Positions 1 through 13,748 of a stretch of 64,000 nucleotides of DNA are shown one piece after another (position 1 is the first letter of the stretch; the number at the start of each line of letters is the position of its first letter). The notes below the pieces were generated by a model that saw only the letters and a list, made by a program, of their open reading frames with translations, was not told the origin of the DNA and did not search any database. The position numbers and the translations under genes were made by a program. Source of the stretch: Octopus vulgaris (Eukaryota); assembly GCA_951406725.2 (NCBI GenBank), contig OX597828.1, forward strand, positions 23,250,001 through 23,314,000, given 5' to 3'.

Positions 1-705
1 TAGTTGAGTGTATATGCATGATTAATATATGTACGCATCTATGTACATGGACATTTATACTCATACATATATTCACATAAGCACGTAATTAATTAATAGC
101 TAAGAGACCAGAGGAGTAATACCACTTTGGTTTGTTTGTCTTTATTATTTCTTCACCGTGTGGTTATGGAGACGAGAAGGTCATCTCTTATTTTCGTTTC
201 TTTCTTGCCAGAAAATGAATGATATATTGATGAGGAAACGATAACGAATAAAAAAGTAATCCTATCTTTGGATCACTAGAAAACCCAAAGAAAGTTTCCG
301 TTTAGTAATAAATTATCTAAACTTACAAAGTGAGAAATTTTACAAAGAAATCATGGACAGAAAAATAACACAATACTTAGCGAAATATGACTAATATATT
401 TATGCATGTAGGGATGCAGGCATAAGATATATTTGTGTGTGAGTGTGTGTGCGTGTGTACGCATGTATGTATGCGCATATACATGTATGTATATAAATAT
501 ATAAATTGAGAAAGATACAGACAGACAGACAGGCAGACAGGGAAATATAGTTAGATAGATAGATATACATAAATGTATAACTATGTTGGTATATAGGTGC
601 GTGTGTGTGTGTGTATGTGAGTGTGTGTGTTTATGGATACATGCATACAGACCTATATAGATGTATATGCACATATACAGATGAAATAAATATATATATA
701 CAGAC

Positions 706-738
<33 letters not shown>

Positions 739-741
<3 letters not shown>

Positions 742-1083
742 CCAAAGATCCCAGCAATGTCATTACGCTTCAGGACCAGCTTCTGCAACAGCCTGGGTTT
801 CAAGGGCCCACAGCTTTTTAATATTCTCCCAAAGAGTCTGAGGAAATTGGACAAAGTAGATGTAGCGGTTTTTAAATCAAAGCTGGACATCTTCCTGTCG
901 AGAGTCCCAGATGAACCTGCCTCACGGCAAGAGGTGCAATTGAGAGTAGCTATATCAAACTCCATTCTTCACCAAGTGTCACATATTAGACGAGGTTCTT
1001 CGCAATAACAGTGTAGCACAAAACGGCGGTGCATCGGCATGGCCGCAGCTCTGAGCTTAAACTAGAGGAAAAGAAAAAAAAAA
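739..1083 (+). mobile_element. 5'-truncated CR1/L2-group LINE 3' end (ORF2 C-terminus, 3'UTR, A-rich tail) inserted in (TA)n
   Basis: ORF 739-1008 reads SLGFKGPQLFNILP..LR...VFKSKLDIFLSRVPDEP, matching the recalled CR1/L2-group ORF2 C-terminal pattern (G..LFN.LP...R.....FK..LD.FL..VPDEP). The stop at 1008 is followed by a short UTR and a poly-A tail; (TA)n flanks both sides. Confidence 0.8.
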
Positions 1084-1126
1084 TATATATATACACATTT
1101 TACTAAAACGCAGAAAAAATATCACA

Positions 1127-1166
1127 ACAGTTACTCAGAGTTTCACGTTCCCTTTCGTCGGACAGT
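1127..1166 (-). ncRNA. Minimal type I hammerhead ribozyme motif (CCGACGA core variant)
   Basis: Minus strand reads actgt-CCGACGA-aag ggaa cgt-GAAA-ctc t gag-TA-actgt. Confidence 0.55.
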
Positions 1167-1178
1167 GTTGCTTAGAAA

Positions 1179-1218
1179 ACTGCCCGACGAACGGGAACGT
1201 GAAACTCTGAATAACAAT
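1179..1218 (+). ncRNA. Minimal type I hammerhead ribozyme motif, partly decayed
   Basis: actgc-CCGACGA-acg ggaa cgt-GAAA-ctc t gaa-TA-acaat. Stem II is intact; stems I and III carry mismatches. Confidence 0.5.
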
Positions 1219-1739
1219 TTTTGTGATACTTTTGCTGCTTTTTAATAAACCATATTACTCTACCTCTTGTATTAGAGTACTATTTCTTCCACCTTGTTTC
1301 ACATTTATGTGCCTAATCTAGTATATATATATACAAATACAAACGCATACACATACACATACACACACATACGAACGCACATACAGACATAGGCCTGTAT
1401 ATTGTAAATAAATTCACAAGCGTAGAAATATGTAAAAGTATAGTTTACGCTTACATACGTAAGCAAAATATAAGTAAATGACTGTGCGTACGATTGAGCG
1501 TGAGTTTCTCAATGTCTTCGAGATTTAACGTGTCCTATCCAATGTGTGTTTCCATTCTCGTAACTACTGGATGTATCACGTACGATACCATATATCGATG
1601 ATTGTAATCAATATTATTGATTTCCCGGAAGAAAAGAGTTGTGTTTTGTTAATTAGACATAATCCATTCCACTCCCTCCTCGTGTAATCTACGTATCCCT
1701 CTATCGGTGACTCTATCTATCTCTCTATCTATTTTTCCA

Positions 1740-1794
<55 letters not shown>

Positions 1795-1911
1795 ATATCT
1801 ATCTATTTTCTATCAACCAGTGATATTTCCCCACATATCCTCATTCATACATTCATTCATACACATATACACACATATATGTATGTATATAAATATATAT
1901 ATATATATTTA

Positions 1912-1955
<44 letters not shown>

Positions 1956-2104
1956 CACATAATTGTGTATGCGTGTGTATATGTACGTGTTTACATTTGT
2001 GTATACAACTACAAACAAACATGCATATGTATTTATACATGTACATCAAGAAACGTATACAGAGAGCCAGACATACATACAGACAAAATGAGAGACAGAA
2101 TAAT

Positions 2105-2346
<242 letters not shown>

Positions 2347-3308
2347 TTTGACAGACAGAAATGTAGAGCGATAGATAGAACTATACGTTCGACTTACGCT
2401 CTCTATTTGTATACAGAATTCTCTTCATTCTCTCTTTTAGTCCCCTCTCCTTACTTCCCTCTCTCTCTCTTTCTCTCCCTTACCTTTACTTTATCGCTCT
2501 TTCTTGTTCACAGCAATGGAGCCAGATAATTTCTCTAGAGCATTTCGTTTTATCTTAACGTTCATTGTTTCTTTTTCATCTTTTAAGTAAATCTTATTAA
2601 AATGCCAATTTAACTGTTCTCCCCGATAATAAATAGCAACAATATATAAATTTTCAAAAATACATATCAAAAAACAATCACGCATTTTTTCTTTCGAATA
2701 AGGGAAAATTTTAACAAAAAATAATACGTCATCCATATGGAACGATATCTAGAAATAGCTGTTTGAGACTTCATTGGGGAATGAAATCCACGTAGTGAAA
2801 ATTGGTTTAATTTTCAGAAACATATTTCAAATGATTTATGGTATCGCATTTGTAATGAAGAAAGCAGTTGTCCTCTAAAGACTTCAGTGTAACCTTCTAG
2901 AATTAAATGTAGTTTATTTAAATTGTGCCTTACACACTTTACTTTTTCCTACATTTTTATTTCATCGCAGTTCCTGTTGGTGTTCAGATTTTTCATCTCT
3001 TTATTTCTGCCTGTGATTTATATATATTTTAAAGATTTATTTATCATTTTCTGCGTAGATATCTAATGAGACATATCCAAAACCATTCACATACAATGTT
3101 ACTTGTTAAATGAGCACACATAGTTAAATGTATATATATATATATATATATATATATGGGAGGGTATATGTGTGTGCGAACGGTTAGATAGATATGTAGA
3201 TAGATTATGTGATATATATTTTCATTTACAGAATTATATATATTTTAGAGAAAAGTGAGTGTTCGCGTATACATACATACATACACACACACATATATAC
3301 ATACATAA

Positions 3309-3427
<119 letters not shown>

Positions 3428-3676
3428 ACATCTTGCTCATTACAAATTTATTTCCCCTTCAAGATTGATATTGCTGCAAATAGGTTCAGTGTTCGTCTTT
3501 CAGATCGCTCACAATGATCATAGCATTAATTCCCATCTGCATTAAACAAGCTGTTCAAGGAAATTTGCACTCACTTGACCAACCCTACACACATACAAAT
3601 GTGAGGGGGGAATATGTGCGTGCGCATTATGATAGGTGTTCATCTCATACAGAAATACGTATATTTATATAGATGT

Positions 3677-3790
3677 AGGCGAATATTTGTGATAAGTAGC
3701 TTGCTTCCAGAACAAATGCTTTCAGGTTCAGTCCCATTGCGTTGCACCTTGGGCGGGTGTCTCCTAGTATAGGCTCGAGAGTCAATTGGA
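3677..3790 (+). mobile_element. SINE family A, degenerate 5' head only
   Basis: taagtagcttgcttcc...ggttcagtcccattgcgttgcaccttgggc matches the heads of the copies at 16672, 30142 and 43841. Confidence 0.7.
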
Positions 3791-3885
3791 ATATATAACC
3801 AGTTCCAAAGACGAAAAATAAAATTAACAAACAAGTGGGGGTGCACAAGAATTGTATTAATTTGATGCTCGGTGAATGGATAGAG

Positions 3886-3918
3886 TCTGACGTTTCGAGC
3901 ATAGATCTTCGTCGGAGA
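3886..3918 (-). ncRNA. Minimal type I hammerhead motif in a PLE-like remnant
   Basis: Minus strand reads tct-CCGACGA-a gatc tat gctc-GAAA-CG-TC-aga, with a palindromic ACGT stem III and a GUC cleavage triplet; one stem II mismatch. Confidence 0.6.
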
Positions 3919-4053
3919 GAGGAAAGTGAGAAATCCAAAGAAGAAAAAGTAATCTCCAACAGAACGTGTGCGTTTACATATATATGTGCGTATGTATGTA
4001 TGCGTGTATGTGTCTTTGTGTGTGTTTGTGTATATATATGTGTATGTATGTAG

Positions 4054-4093
<40 letters not shown>

Positions 4094-4163
4094 TAGATAG
4101 ATAGATAGATAGATAGAAAGATAGATAGATATATAGATATATACATACATATATATATATATG

Positions 4164-4265
<102 letters not shown>

Positions 4266-4542
4266 CATATATATATACATGCATAGAGATAGATAGATAT
4301 ACAAATATATAAATATAATGTAAAGTATAGAAGCCATCTTATCATGGCTAACCCCATTGGGGAGGGGGTTGTTACTGTAGCTTTATAGCCCCAAGAGATC
4401 TTCGTCTCTAGCTGGCTCTAAACACAATATCAGTGTCTTTGGAGTATTTGCAAAGGGAGGCCATCCCTTCCTCGCAAGCCTGAGTGATACGCTCGAACTA
4501 GTTTTCAATCTCATTCTGAGATTTAATTATGCTATATAAATA

Positions 4543-4602
<60 letters not shown>

Positions 4603-5803
4603 CGCGCACGCACGCACACACACAGTTGTTTTCTTATGTATGTATACATATATATGTATATATAATTATGTGTTGTGTGAATGTGTATGTGTATGTTGTG
4701 GTTGTGTGTGTGAGCGTGTGTGTGCCTAGTGGACACAAAATGGCTCTGTCACCGTCTTGGATCTCCCAGTTTTAGCCCAACAACACTTCTACAATGTGAA
4801 ATCCCATGCAAAGACTACTTCCTGTATGTAGATTGTATCAGTATGAATGAAATTACTTATTGTTAGACATGAACACCGCACTCTGTCATGAATTCGAACT
4901 CACGACTTTATCTTCTTTAACGGAAACACCTCCCCTTCATCCAGAATGTATGCTCATGATAAGCAAACCAGAAAGCACCTCTGTATTAGAAAGACCATTA
5001 AACAATTTATAATTTAATATGTACTCCATTGACAGATAAATTAATTTTTAAATAATATACCTTCCATGAATATGCCACTGTAACATCTACCATATAAAAC
5101 AATCGTGGCTTTGTTGATTTTAAATGATTGTAATATTTGCAACTTTGTGCAATGTTGACGACTGTCATAAAAAATCTTACGAATGTATATGACAAAGGCT
5201 GTGACTATATTAAACTACTTTCATTGATTATTATTTGATATCCTGTATCTTTCATAGTGTGATCATCCTTTATATTATAATAAAGTATAGGTAATTTTCT
5301 ATGTCGATGCTTAAGTATTCACTTATGTATTATGAGGAGGTGTGGCAGTATAATTGCTGGGCAAGAAATTCACAATTACTGCGATGTACGATGTAAACAG
5401 AAAATACAATCTTTTATCAACAGTCACCCAAGGAGGCGAAGCACGAGTCAGAAACAAACTTATAATTAGCTTTAATAAAATATTATTGTACTCTAATGTA
5501 AACATTGAGAATTTTCTTACACAATTAAGTACACACAATGTCGGACACACACAAAGACACACAACACTCACACACACACGCACAAACACACATATATGTA
5601 CACTTTTATGTGTGTGTGTGTGTGACATATATATATATACATACATAGATACATATCTTTAATTTGATATTGAGGGAACTTTATGGATAATGGATTTAAT
5701 TAGACAACAAATACATTGTTCAACGCTGACGAAATACAAAATACAGAAACAAGCTGGAGTACTGATATAGAGCAAGAGTTAAATGTTAAGAAATGTATAT
5801 ATA

Positions 5804-5860
<57 letters not shown>

Positions 5861-6019
5861 TATTGCACGTAAGGTGCATCGGAATTAGAAGAGGAGACAA
5901 AATATTTTGTTATAAAGTAATTTGTTATATTTTAAAATACTGTTGAACGAAAATGCACACATATATATATATAGATAAATAGAGAGAGAGAGAGAGACAG
6001 AGATACCGAGAGAATGATT

Positions 6020-6065
<46 letters not shown>

Positions 6066-6260
6066 TATGTATATATATGCATATATATATACATATATAT
6101 ATATATACACATATATACAGATATATATTTATACATATATTGGTATGTATATATATATATGTATATATGTGTGTATATATGTACATATATATACATATAT
6201 ATATGTATACACGCGTATATAATACGCATGTGCATGTGTATATACATATTTTTATGTACA

Positions 6261-6322
<62 letters not shown>

Positions 6323-6533
6323 TATAATTATATGTATATGCAAACAGAAAGAATACTTGAATATATGAAAGAAACAAAAATCTATGATGGAAAATATAGT
6401 TTTCCCCTTTTATTCACATTTATTCCTTTATTTTAAGCATGATATATTTTATTTCATTAACAATTTTTATACTTCTTAATTGTTAATTATTCTTTGGTAC
6501 GCAGTTTGCTTTTCACCACACATGACATACATA

Positions 6534-6588
<55 letters not shown>

Positions 6589-8462
6589 GCATACACATAA
6601 ACACGCATAGAAACACGGGCATACATACACACACACACATGTTCAATTTTCTTCTCCAAGTAATTAGAAGAATTGTGACGCTTTATTCCAAATTGGATAT
6701 TTCGGATAGAATACGGTTGACAATAACTCCCATGGTATTAGAATCTAAAGATACATGGAATTTTAGTTTCCGATAAAAGACTTCTTTTTAGGCGTAAATT
6801 AAAAGTGTGATCGATAATAACATTATAACAAATTGGGAATGAGTGTAATGCGCGTATTACCGTCGAGCATGAGTGTGTATTAGTTTCTATGTGTATTGAC
6901 GAGTGTTGTCTCTATATATGTGATTCATTTGTGTGTTACTGCAAGCGTACGTCTATGTGTTTGTACATACATTTCTGTATTTCTGTCTCACTCCCATGTG
7001 TGAGATTTATGCTTGTATATATTTTTTTATTTATATTTCTATCAAGATTTCTTTCTTTTAATCGGTTCTCTATTATTTTCCCTACCTCTGCCTCTACAAA
7101 TCGCCTTTCATTCTCTCTTTTTTTTCTTTCCCTCTAGTGTTTCTCTCTGTATTTCTCGAACTCCCACACACTCTCCACTCTCTCAATCTCTCTCTCTCTC
7201 TTTCAATCTCTCTCTCTCTCTCTCCCTCACTCTCTAATATACATATATACACATGTCTATATGAGATTGTGTATAAGTGTGAATATATATAAATATATAT
7301 ATACATGCACACACATATACTAATAAGATATACACACATACCTACATACATACATTCATACATACATACACACAAACACACACACACACAAACACACACA
7401 TATATATATATGTAAGTGTATTTGTATGTATAAATATAAACACTATGTACATATGTATGTATGTATATATGTATGTATATATGTATGTACGTATGTATGT
7501 ATGTATGTACGTATGTATGTATGTATGTATGTATGTATGTATGTATGTATGTATGTATGTATGTATGTATGTACATATTGTGAAATTCAACCTCCCAGAG
7601 TTTTCCGGCCAAAATATTGATTTCGCCATTTACTCTCTTAACTCATCGACTACAGTACTTCTTATCAAAGATCATCTCCTCCACATAATAATATGTGCGA
7701 GTGTGCGTATCGTTACGCATATGTATATATAGATACATATGTATACCTACATGCATTCTTGCATGCATACCTACATACATATATGCATGTATGCATACAT
7801 ACATATACACTTGCATACATAAATATATACATACATATATACATGCATACATACATACATACATACATACATACATACATACATACATACATACATACGT
7901 ACATATATACATACATACATACATCCTAAACGAGAGGGTTCTAAGAACTGGATTTCTGACATCTAAATAAAGTTGTATGTAGATGAACATTCTAAAAACC
8001 CGTGTACCTTCCACATAATCGCGTGGCGCAGTCAGTGTGATAGAGTGAATGCTGGCCAAATTGAGTTACAAGTGTAATCCATCTGAAGAATTTTCCAACA
8101 TTTTCCGTCTCTATGATAGCACTCGCAAAGTATAGATTAATCTGAGGCAATAAGGTAGGCCTTTTGTCCAATATTCCATATTGGACAAACTTGTCATACA
8201 TACCACCGTAATGGGTATAACTTTACCTTTCCCTGCATATATCTCTATCTATTTGCGTGTGTTTGTGTGTGTGTGTATCGACCGGATATACGCAATGTAT
8301 GGCAAATGCTTGCTCCATATCCCATCCAGGTGCGATGGATATCGAGTTTTCGCCATTTTTGTAGCTCAACCTCACCTACCCTAAATTCTCTGGAGGCACT
8401 GATTCTGATTCACGTATGAATTTTATTTTACATCGGGGTATACCAGCAAATGGTTTTTTATT

Positions 8463-8526
<64 letters not shown>

Positions 8527-8572
8527 TACATGAACATATATATGTATGTATGTGTGTATATACATACATATA

Positions 8573-8980
8573 CTCTTTTCTTTTACTCTTTTACTTGTTT
8601 CAGTCATTTGACTGCGGCCATGCTGGAGCACCGCCTTTAATCGAGCAACTCGACCCCGGGACTTATTCTTTGTAAGTCCAGTACTTATTGTATCGGTCTC
8701 TTTTGCTAAACCGCTAAGTGACGGGGACATAAACACACCATCATCGGTTGTCAAGTAATGTTAGGGGGACAAACACAGACTCACAAACATACACGCACAC
8801 ATATATATACATATACATGACGGGCTTCTTTCAGTTTCCGTCTACCAAATCCACTCACAAGGCTTTGTTCGGCCCGAGGCTATAGTAGAAGTCACTTGCC
8901 CAAGGTTCCACGCAGTGGGACTGAACCCGGAACCATGTGGCTGGTAAGCAAACTACTAACCACAGAGCAACTCCTGCGCC
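8573..8980 (-). mobile_element. SINE family A, full length (tRNA-like head, CORE-like segment, internal TA/CA tract, LINE-like tail)
   Basis: Reverse complement aligns end to end with 16672-17080, 30142-30574 and 43841-44268, including the GTAAAAGA tail repeats. Confidence 0.9.
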
Positions 8981-9005
8981 ATATATAGTAAGACTTTATA
9001 TTAAT

Positions 9006-9047
9006 GTACCTGAAGAGGCCCAAAATGGGTCGAAACATGTGTTGTAC
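9006..9047 (+). ncRNA. Minimal type I hammerhead ribozyme with canonical core
   Basis: gtac-CTGAAGA-ggccca aaa tgggtc-GAAA-c atgt g-TT-gtac. All three stems pair, and AATAAA follows at 9050. Confidence 0.75.
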
Positions 9048-9489
9048 CCAATAAAATCTTTTGCCTGTTCGATCTCATATTTTATTAATACTGTTACCTC
9101 AACCGCCACTATGAAGTCCCTTTAGTAAATCTACAGGTAACAACAGGTAATCGAAACTGTGCTGGTGCTTTACTCATCATCCATTTATACATTTTTTTGT
9201 GTTCGTAGAAAACGGGTAGTTAAATTTCCTTATATTTCTTTCGATTACATGATTTACTTAAGTGATAAATGACTAGAACCGCCATTCTGGAAATCGTTGG
9301 GCCCTATTCTAATGTTAGAAGCGAATTTAATAAACATTTTACATAAACTGAATAAAAGATAAAATTATATAGAAGATACTTTTCCTGTGTTTACCTTGGC
9401 AATGGCGATGTTCGAGTTCCATTTACTCAGGGCTGAAGATATACCTGACATTTTATGAAGATATCATGAATTTGTGCGCGAAGTAAAAC

Positions 9490-9700
9490 CCGAAAAACTT
9501 CTGTTTGACAATAACAGAGAGGATAAACTAAAATATTTTGGAGAGTAATGAGAAATATATAAGCGATTACATACTGCGTATTTAGCGGCAAAATAAAGTA
9601 GGGAGATAGGAACGATAACAGCCGATAATATTGTTGATGGATAACTACACAAACTGGACAAACATCAAATATATTGACTGTGCGAGGACAGCAAAACAAA
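9490..9700 (+). mobile_element. Decayed RTE-clade LINE C-terminal fragment
   Basis: Frameshifted translation gives KLKYFG ... GKI ... LMDNYTNWT, resembling the RTE pattern RKL.YFGH..R...G.IEG.R.RGR...W.DN...WT. Confidence 0.5.
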
Positions 9701-9935
9701 AACCAAAATTGCGACCCGAGTTAAGGGCCGACAATAGCTGATAATGGGTCGTTTAATGCAAGAAATTGGAATGTGAACTACTAGCTGGTGTTCTCAGAGC
9801 TAAACTCACTGCTGTAGAGAAACTTTAAAGAAACGCCTTAAAGGGTCTCATTAGCTAATATGCTTTGAATTGTAAATTGGTCAGTTCCAAATGAGTGTCT
9901 CAAATGCCTTTCTAAAGGCATTTGTGAATAATAGT

Positions 9936-10310
9936 GGAGGCGCAATGGCCCAGTGGTTAAGGCAGCGGACTCGCGGTCATAGGATCGCGGTTTCGATTCC
10001 CAGACCGGGCGTTGTGAGCGTTTATTGAGCGAAAACACCTAAAGCTCCACGAGGCTCCGGCAGGGGATGGTGGTGATCCCTGCTGTACTCTTTCACCACA
10101 ACTTTCTCTCACTCTTACTTCCTGTTTCTGTTGTACCTGTATTTCAAAGGGCCGGCCTTGTCACTCTCTGTGTCACGCTGAATATCCCCGAGAACTACGT
10201 TAAGGGTACACGTGTCTGTGGAGTGCTCAGCCACTTACGCGTTAATTTCACGAGCAGGCTGTTCCGTTGATTCGGATCAACCGGAACCCTCGTCGTCGTA
10301 ACCGACGGAT
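9936..10310 (+). mobile_element. SINE family B, full length, tRNA(Arg)-like head
   Basis: Pol III box A TGGCCCAGTGG and box B GGTTTCGATTCC. The 3' half is shared with 56229-56495. The tail has hairpins gttgat-tcgg-atcaac and cgtcg-taac-cgacg. Confidence 0.85.
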
Positions 10311-10804
10311 GGCTTCTCTCTCTGTGAATAATAGCGTCTTTGTTTTTGACAGGCTGGATTATTACCGAGAGGTACGTTGAATTGAAAGCTTCATGGTGTT
10401 CAGTTATGTATGTTTTCATTCAGAGGTCCAATTTAAGTTGAACAATCCATGTTACTATAGTCGATATGTAAAATGCAAATATATATTGGCTTCTGGGTAT
10501 GTTAATCATCATTATCATCACCATGACAAGCATCACCATGAGAAGCATCACCGTGACAATCATCATCATCATCATCATCATAATTATTATCATCATCCTA
10601 ATTATTATCATCATCACCATCATGCTCATCATCTTCGTCACCACCATGATCCCATCCAGCACAATCTTCACCACCGCCACCACTAACACCACTACTTTAA
10701 CCACTAGTATCAACATTATTAGTATTATCGTCAGAAAATAATAACTGTGCATGTTCTCACATAATTACTGGTATTATTTTATGTGATTCGTCTTTTTCAA
10801 ATTA

Positions 10805-11301
10805 TTTTCTTCTTCTTCTTCTTCTTCTTCTTCACCTCATCCTCCTCCTCCTTCTTCTTCGTCTTCTTCTTAATATTAACATCATAATCATGAACATCAA
10901 CATTATCATAGTCGGCAACAACTTTACCACCATGTCCATCTTCAACACCCTTCTTCTTCTTCTTCTTCTTCTTCTTCTTCTTCTTCTTCTTCTTCTTCTT
11001 CTTCTGCTTCTTCTTCTTTTTCTTTTCCTCTTCCTTCTTCTTCTGCTTCCCCTTCTTCTCCTTCTTCTTCTTCATCTTCTTCTTCTTCTTTTTCGTCTTC
11101 TTCTCCTTCTTCTTCTCCTTCTTCTTCTTTGTCCTCTTCATCTTCTTCTTCTTCTTCTTCTTCTTCTGCTTCTTCTTCTTCTTCTTCTTCTCTTCTTCTT
11201 CTTCTTCTCCTTCTCCTTCTTCTTCTTCTTCTTATTCTTATTCTTCTTCTCCTTCTTCTTCTTCTGCTTCTTCTTCTTCTTCGTCTACTTCTTCTACTTC
11301 T

Positions 11302-11333
<32 letters not shown>

Positions 11334-11472
11334 TTCTTCTTCTTCTTCTTCTTCTTCTTCTTCTTCTGCTTCTTCTTCTGCTTCTTCTTCTGCTTCTTCT
11401 TCTTCTTCTTCTTCTTCTTCTTCTTCTTCTTCTTCTTCTTCTTCTTCTTCTTCTTCTTCTTCGTCTTCTTCC
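10805..11472. repeat. Long imperfect (TTC)n/(GAA)n tract, preceded by a (CAT)n-rich tract at ~10500-10690
   Basis: Read directly; source of the poly-L/K/E/R pseudo-ORFs. Confidence 0.95.
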
Positions 11473-11818
11473 CGTTCTCCCTATTATTATCATTAATGTT
11501 ATTACTATCATTATTTTTTACTATTATTGCAATTAAGATCGTTATTCATAGAAGACGCAACGAAGAGCATAAAACATTCGAAAATTGTAACTTCATTTGC
11601 ATGTTTTCATCAGCCGGTCTCTCTCCGTGTGTGTAGCGACTTTCTATGTGTGCATAAGTGCGAGTGTGTGTGTGTGCATCTGTATCACTGTTTCTGAGTG
11701 TGTGGATATGTGAGTGTATAGAAAAATTCATATGGAATGATGGAAAGAAATGAAGACAGAAAGACGCTGTAAATATTTCGTAGAGAATCATATCGTTTAA
11801 TGCATAGCATTCAATGAG

Positions 11819-11899
<81 letters not shown>

Positions 11900-13130
11900 T
11901 GTATATATGTATGTATGTATATGCATATATACATACACATATATATATATATATGCAAATATGCATATATATACATACACTTATATATTTATACATATAC
12001 ATACATATATATGCACATATACATGTACACATGTACACATGCATATGTATAAATATATATATATATATATGTGTATATATCTTTACAGATATGTATATGA
12101 ATATATACATATGCATATATATACATATACATACATATATGTATATATATATATAAACACACACATATGTGCACACCGCCAATATCGTGATGAGATAATT
12201 ATGCATAATTGATGAATGCACTTCGTGCGATTTTAAAGAATGATGCATATATAATATCTATTATCGTAGTTAAAAAAGGGGTTACTCCGCTCATGTTAAA
12301 AGTGATTTATTGTTTGTATTATTTTCTGTTATTTTTCACACTTTTATTGAAAGAATTTACTTGATATGGGAATCTTTTGTTGTTCCTTGGATGCGAAAGT
12401 TACCTTAGTTTTCATGATTTTTAAAGGCTTACCTTCACTCATTTTTTAAAATTTTATTTTTAATATTTTCAAGTTGTTTCATGTTTTGAGGAATTATTTT
12501 TCTGTGTTAATTTAGTGATTCGGTGTTCCTACTCTATTATGTAATAAATAGATGAAAGTAAATGAAATTTAGGGAATATGCATAAGAAATATAGGATTTT
12601 TATCTTTATGACTTCATTCCGAAGGTGTGCCGTTTGCATTATGCATTGTGAAATAGTTTTATAGCAACTGCTGCAAGAAAAATGATGTTACAAAATAATA
12701 ATAAAATCATAAAAGCAAAAGAAAAGATAAGACATACATTTCTCTAGCCATGTGAATAAAACCCGAGGAAGTGGTTTCGTTCTCAATCGCTGATTTTCCA
12801 CAGTAAATCAAATGTATAATATATCTAATATTTTTGTTGGTATTTTGTGACCGATATCCATACGTTGAGGATATAATACAGATCACACCATTTGTCTCTG
12901 CACTGTACAGCAGCATTAAGTATATAATATTTATATTCCTATAACATTATAGAAGATTGATTTTTTATAATATAGGAGTTATATTTTCATGTATATGTTT
13001 GAATTTGAGGAAACATAATAACAATCTCAGACATGGTATTACATGTGGGGGGGGGCACGAAACTTCATATATTGCAGTGTCCATATATCCAAAATGTACT
13101 ATAAACTTTGAACGTTGTTTTTCCTCTTTA

Positions 13131-13253
13131 CGAGGAGTGTATCAAAAGTTTTGAGTCTTCAAGACTTTTGAGACATGAAATCTTGTATTTTCATCAGAAG
13201 TCTTGTACCATGTTTTGTTTTCTTGAGGCTCAAGACTGTTCATACACCCCGCG
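13131..13253. mobile_element. Mariner-type MITE (123 bp)
   Basis: Imperfect ~28-bp TIRs (cgaggagtgtatcaaaagttttgagtct versus reverse complement cgcggggtgtatgaacagtcttgagcct), with TA on both sides. Confidence 0.65.
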
Positions 13254-13377
13254 TAGTACCAAACGTTAAAACATTATTGTAGCAGCATGATTTGGTTTGG
13301 TTGGAATAAAGTTATTATCAAAGTACAACAGAAACAAACTTGATAATGTTTCAGAGCAAACACACATATAACGTTTA

Positions 13378-13748
13378 TTCTTTTATTGGTTTCACTTATT
13401 TGACTGCACCGCCTTTAGTCGAACAAATTGTGCCTAGGACTTATTCTTTGTAAGCTTAGTACTTATTCCATCGGGTTCTTTTGCTAATTTACTGGTACGT
13501 AACACGCCAGCATCGGTTGTCAAGCGATGGTGGGGAGACAAACACACACACACACGCATACACATATAAACAAACATACATATATACGACCGACTTCATT
13601 CAGTTTCCGTTTACGAAATCCACTCACAAGGATTTGGTCGGCCCGAGGCTATAATAGAAGAAACTTCATCAAGGTGCCATCAGTGGCACTGAACCCGGAA
13701 CCATGTGGTTAGGAAGTATGCTTCTTACCACACAGCTACTCCTGCGGC
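13378..13748 (-). mobile_element. SINE family A, diverged
   Basis: Aligns to the reverse complement of family A with small deletions. Confidence 0.85.

Larger units (their letters stand above)
1098..1250. mobile_element. Penelope-like terminal remnant forming a long inverted repeat
   Basis: 1131-1166 is the reverse complement of 1179-1214 with 3 mismatches, and looser pairing extends to ~1098/1250. Each arm holds a hammerhead core, and AATAAA follows at ~1244. Confidence 0.6.

Noticed and set aside
9901-9924. Perfect 11-bp inverted repeat caaatgccttt-ct-aaaggcatttg
   Set aside because: An isolated short palindrome; intrinsic terminators do not apply here and nothing else supports a function.
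9936-10012. tRNA-like sequence
   Set aside because: The acceptor stem does not pair and the sequence continues into a repeated SINE body, so it is a SINE head rather than a tRNA gene.
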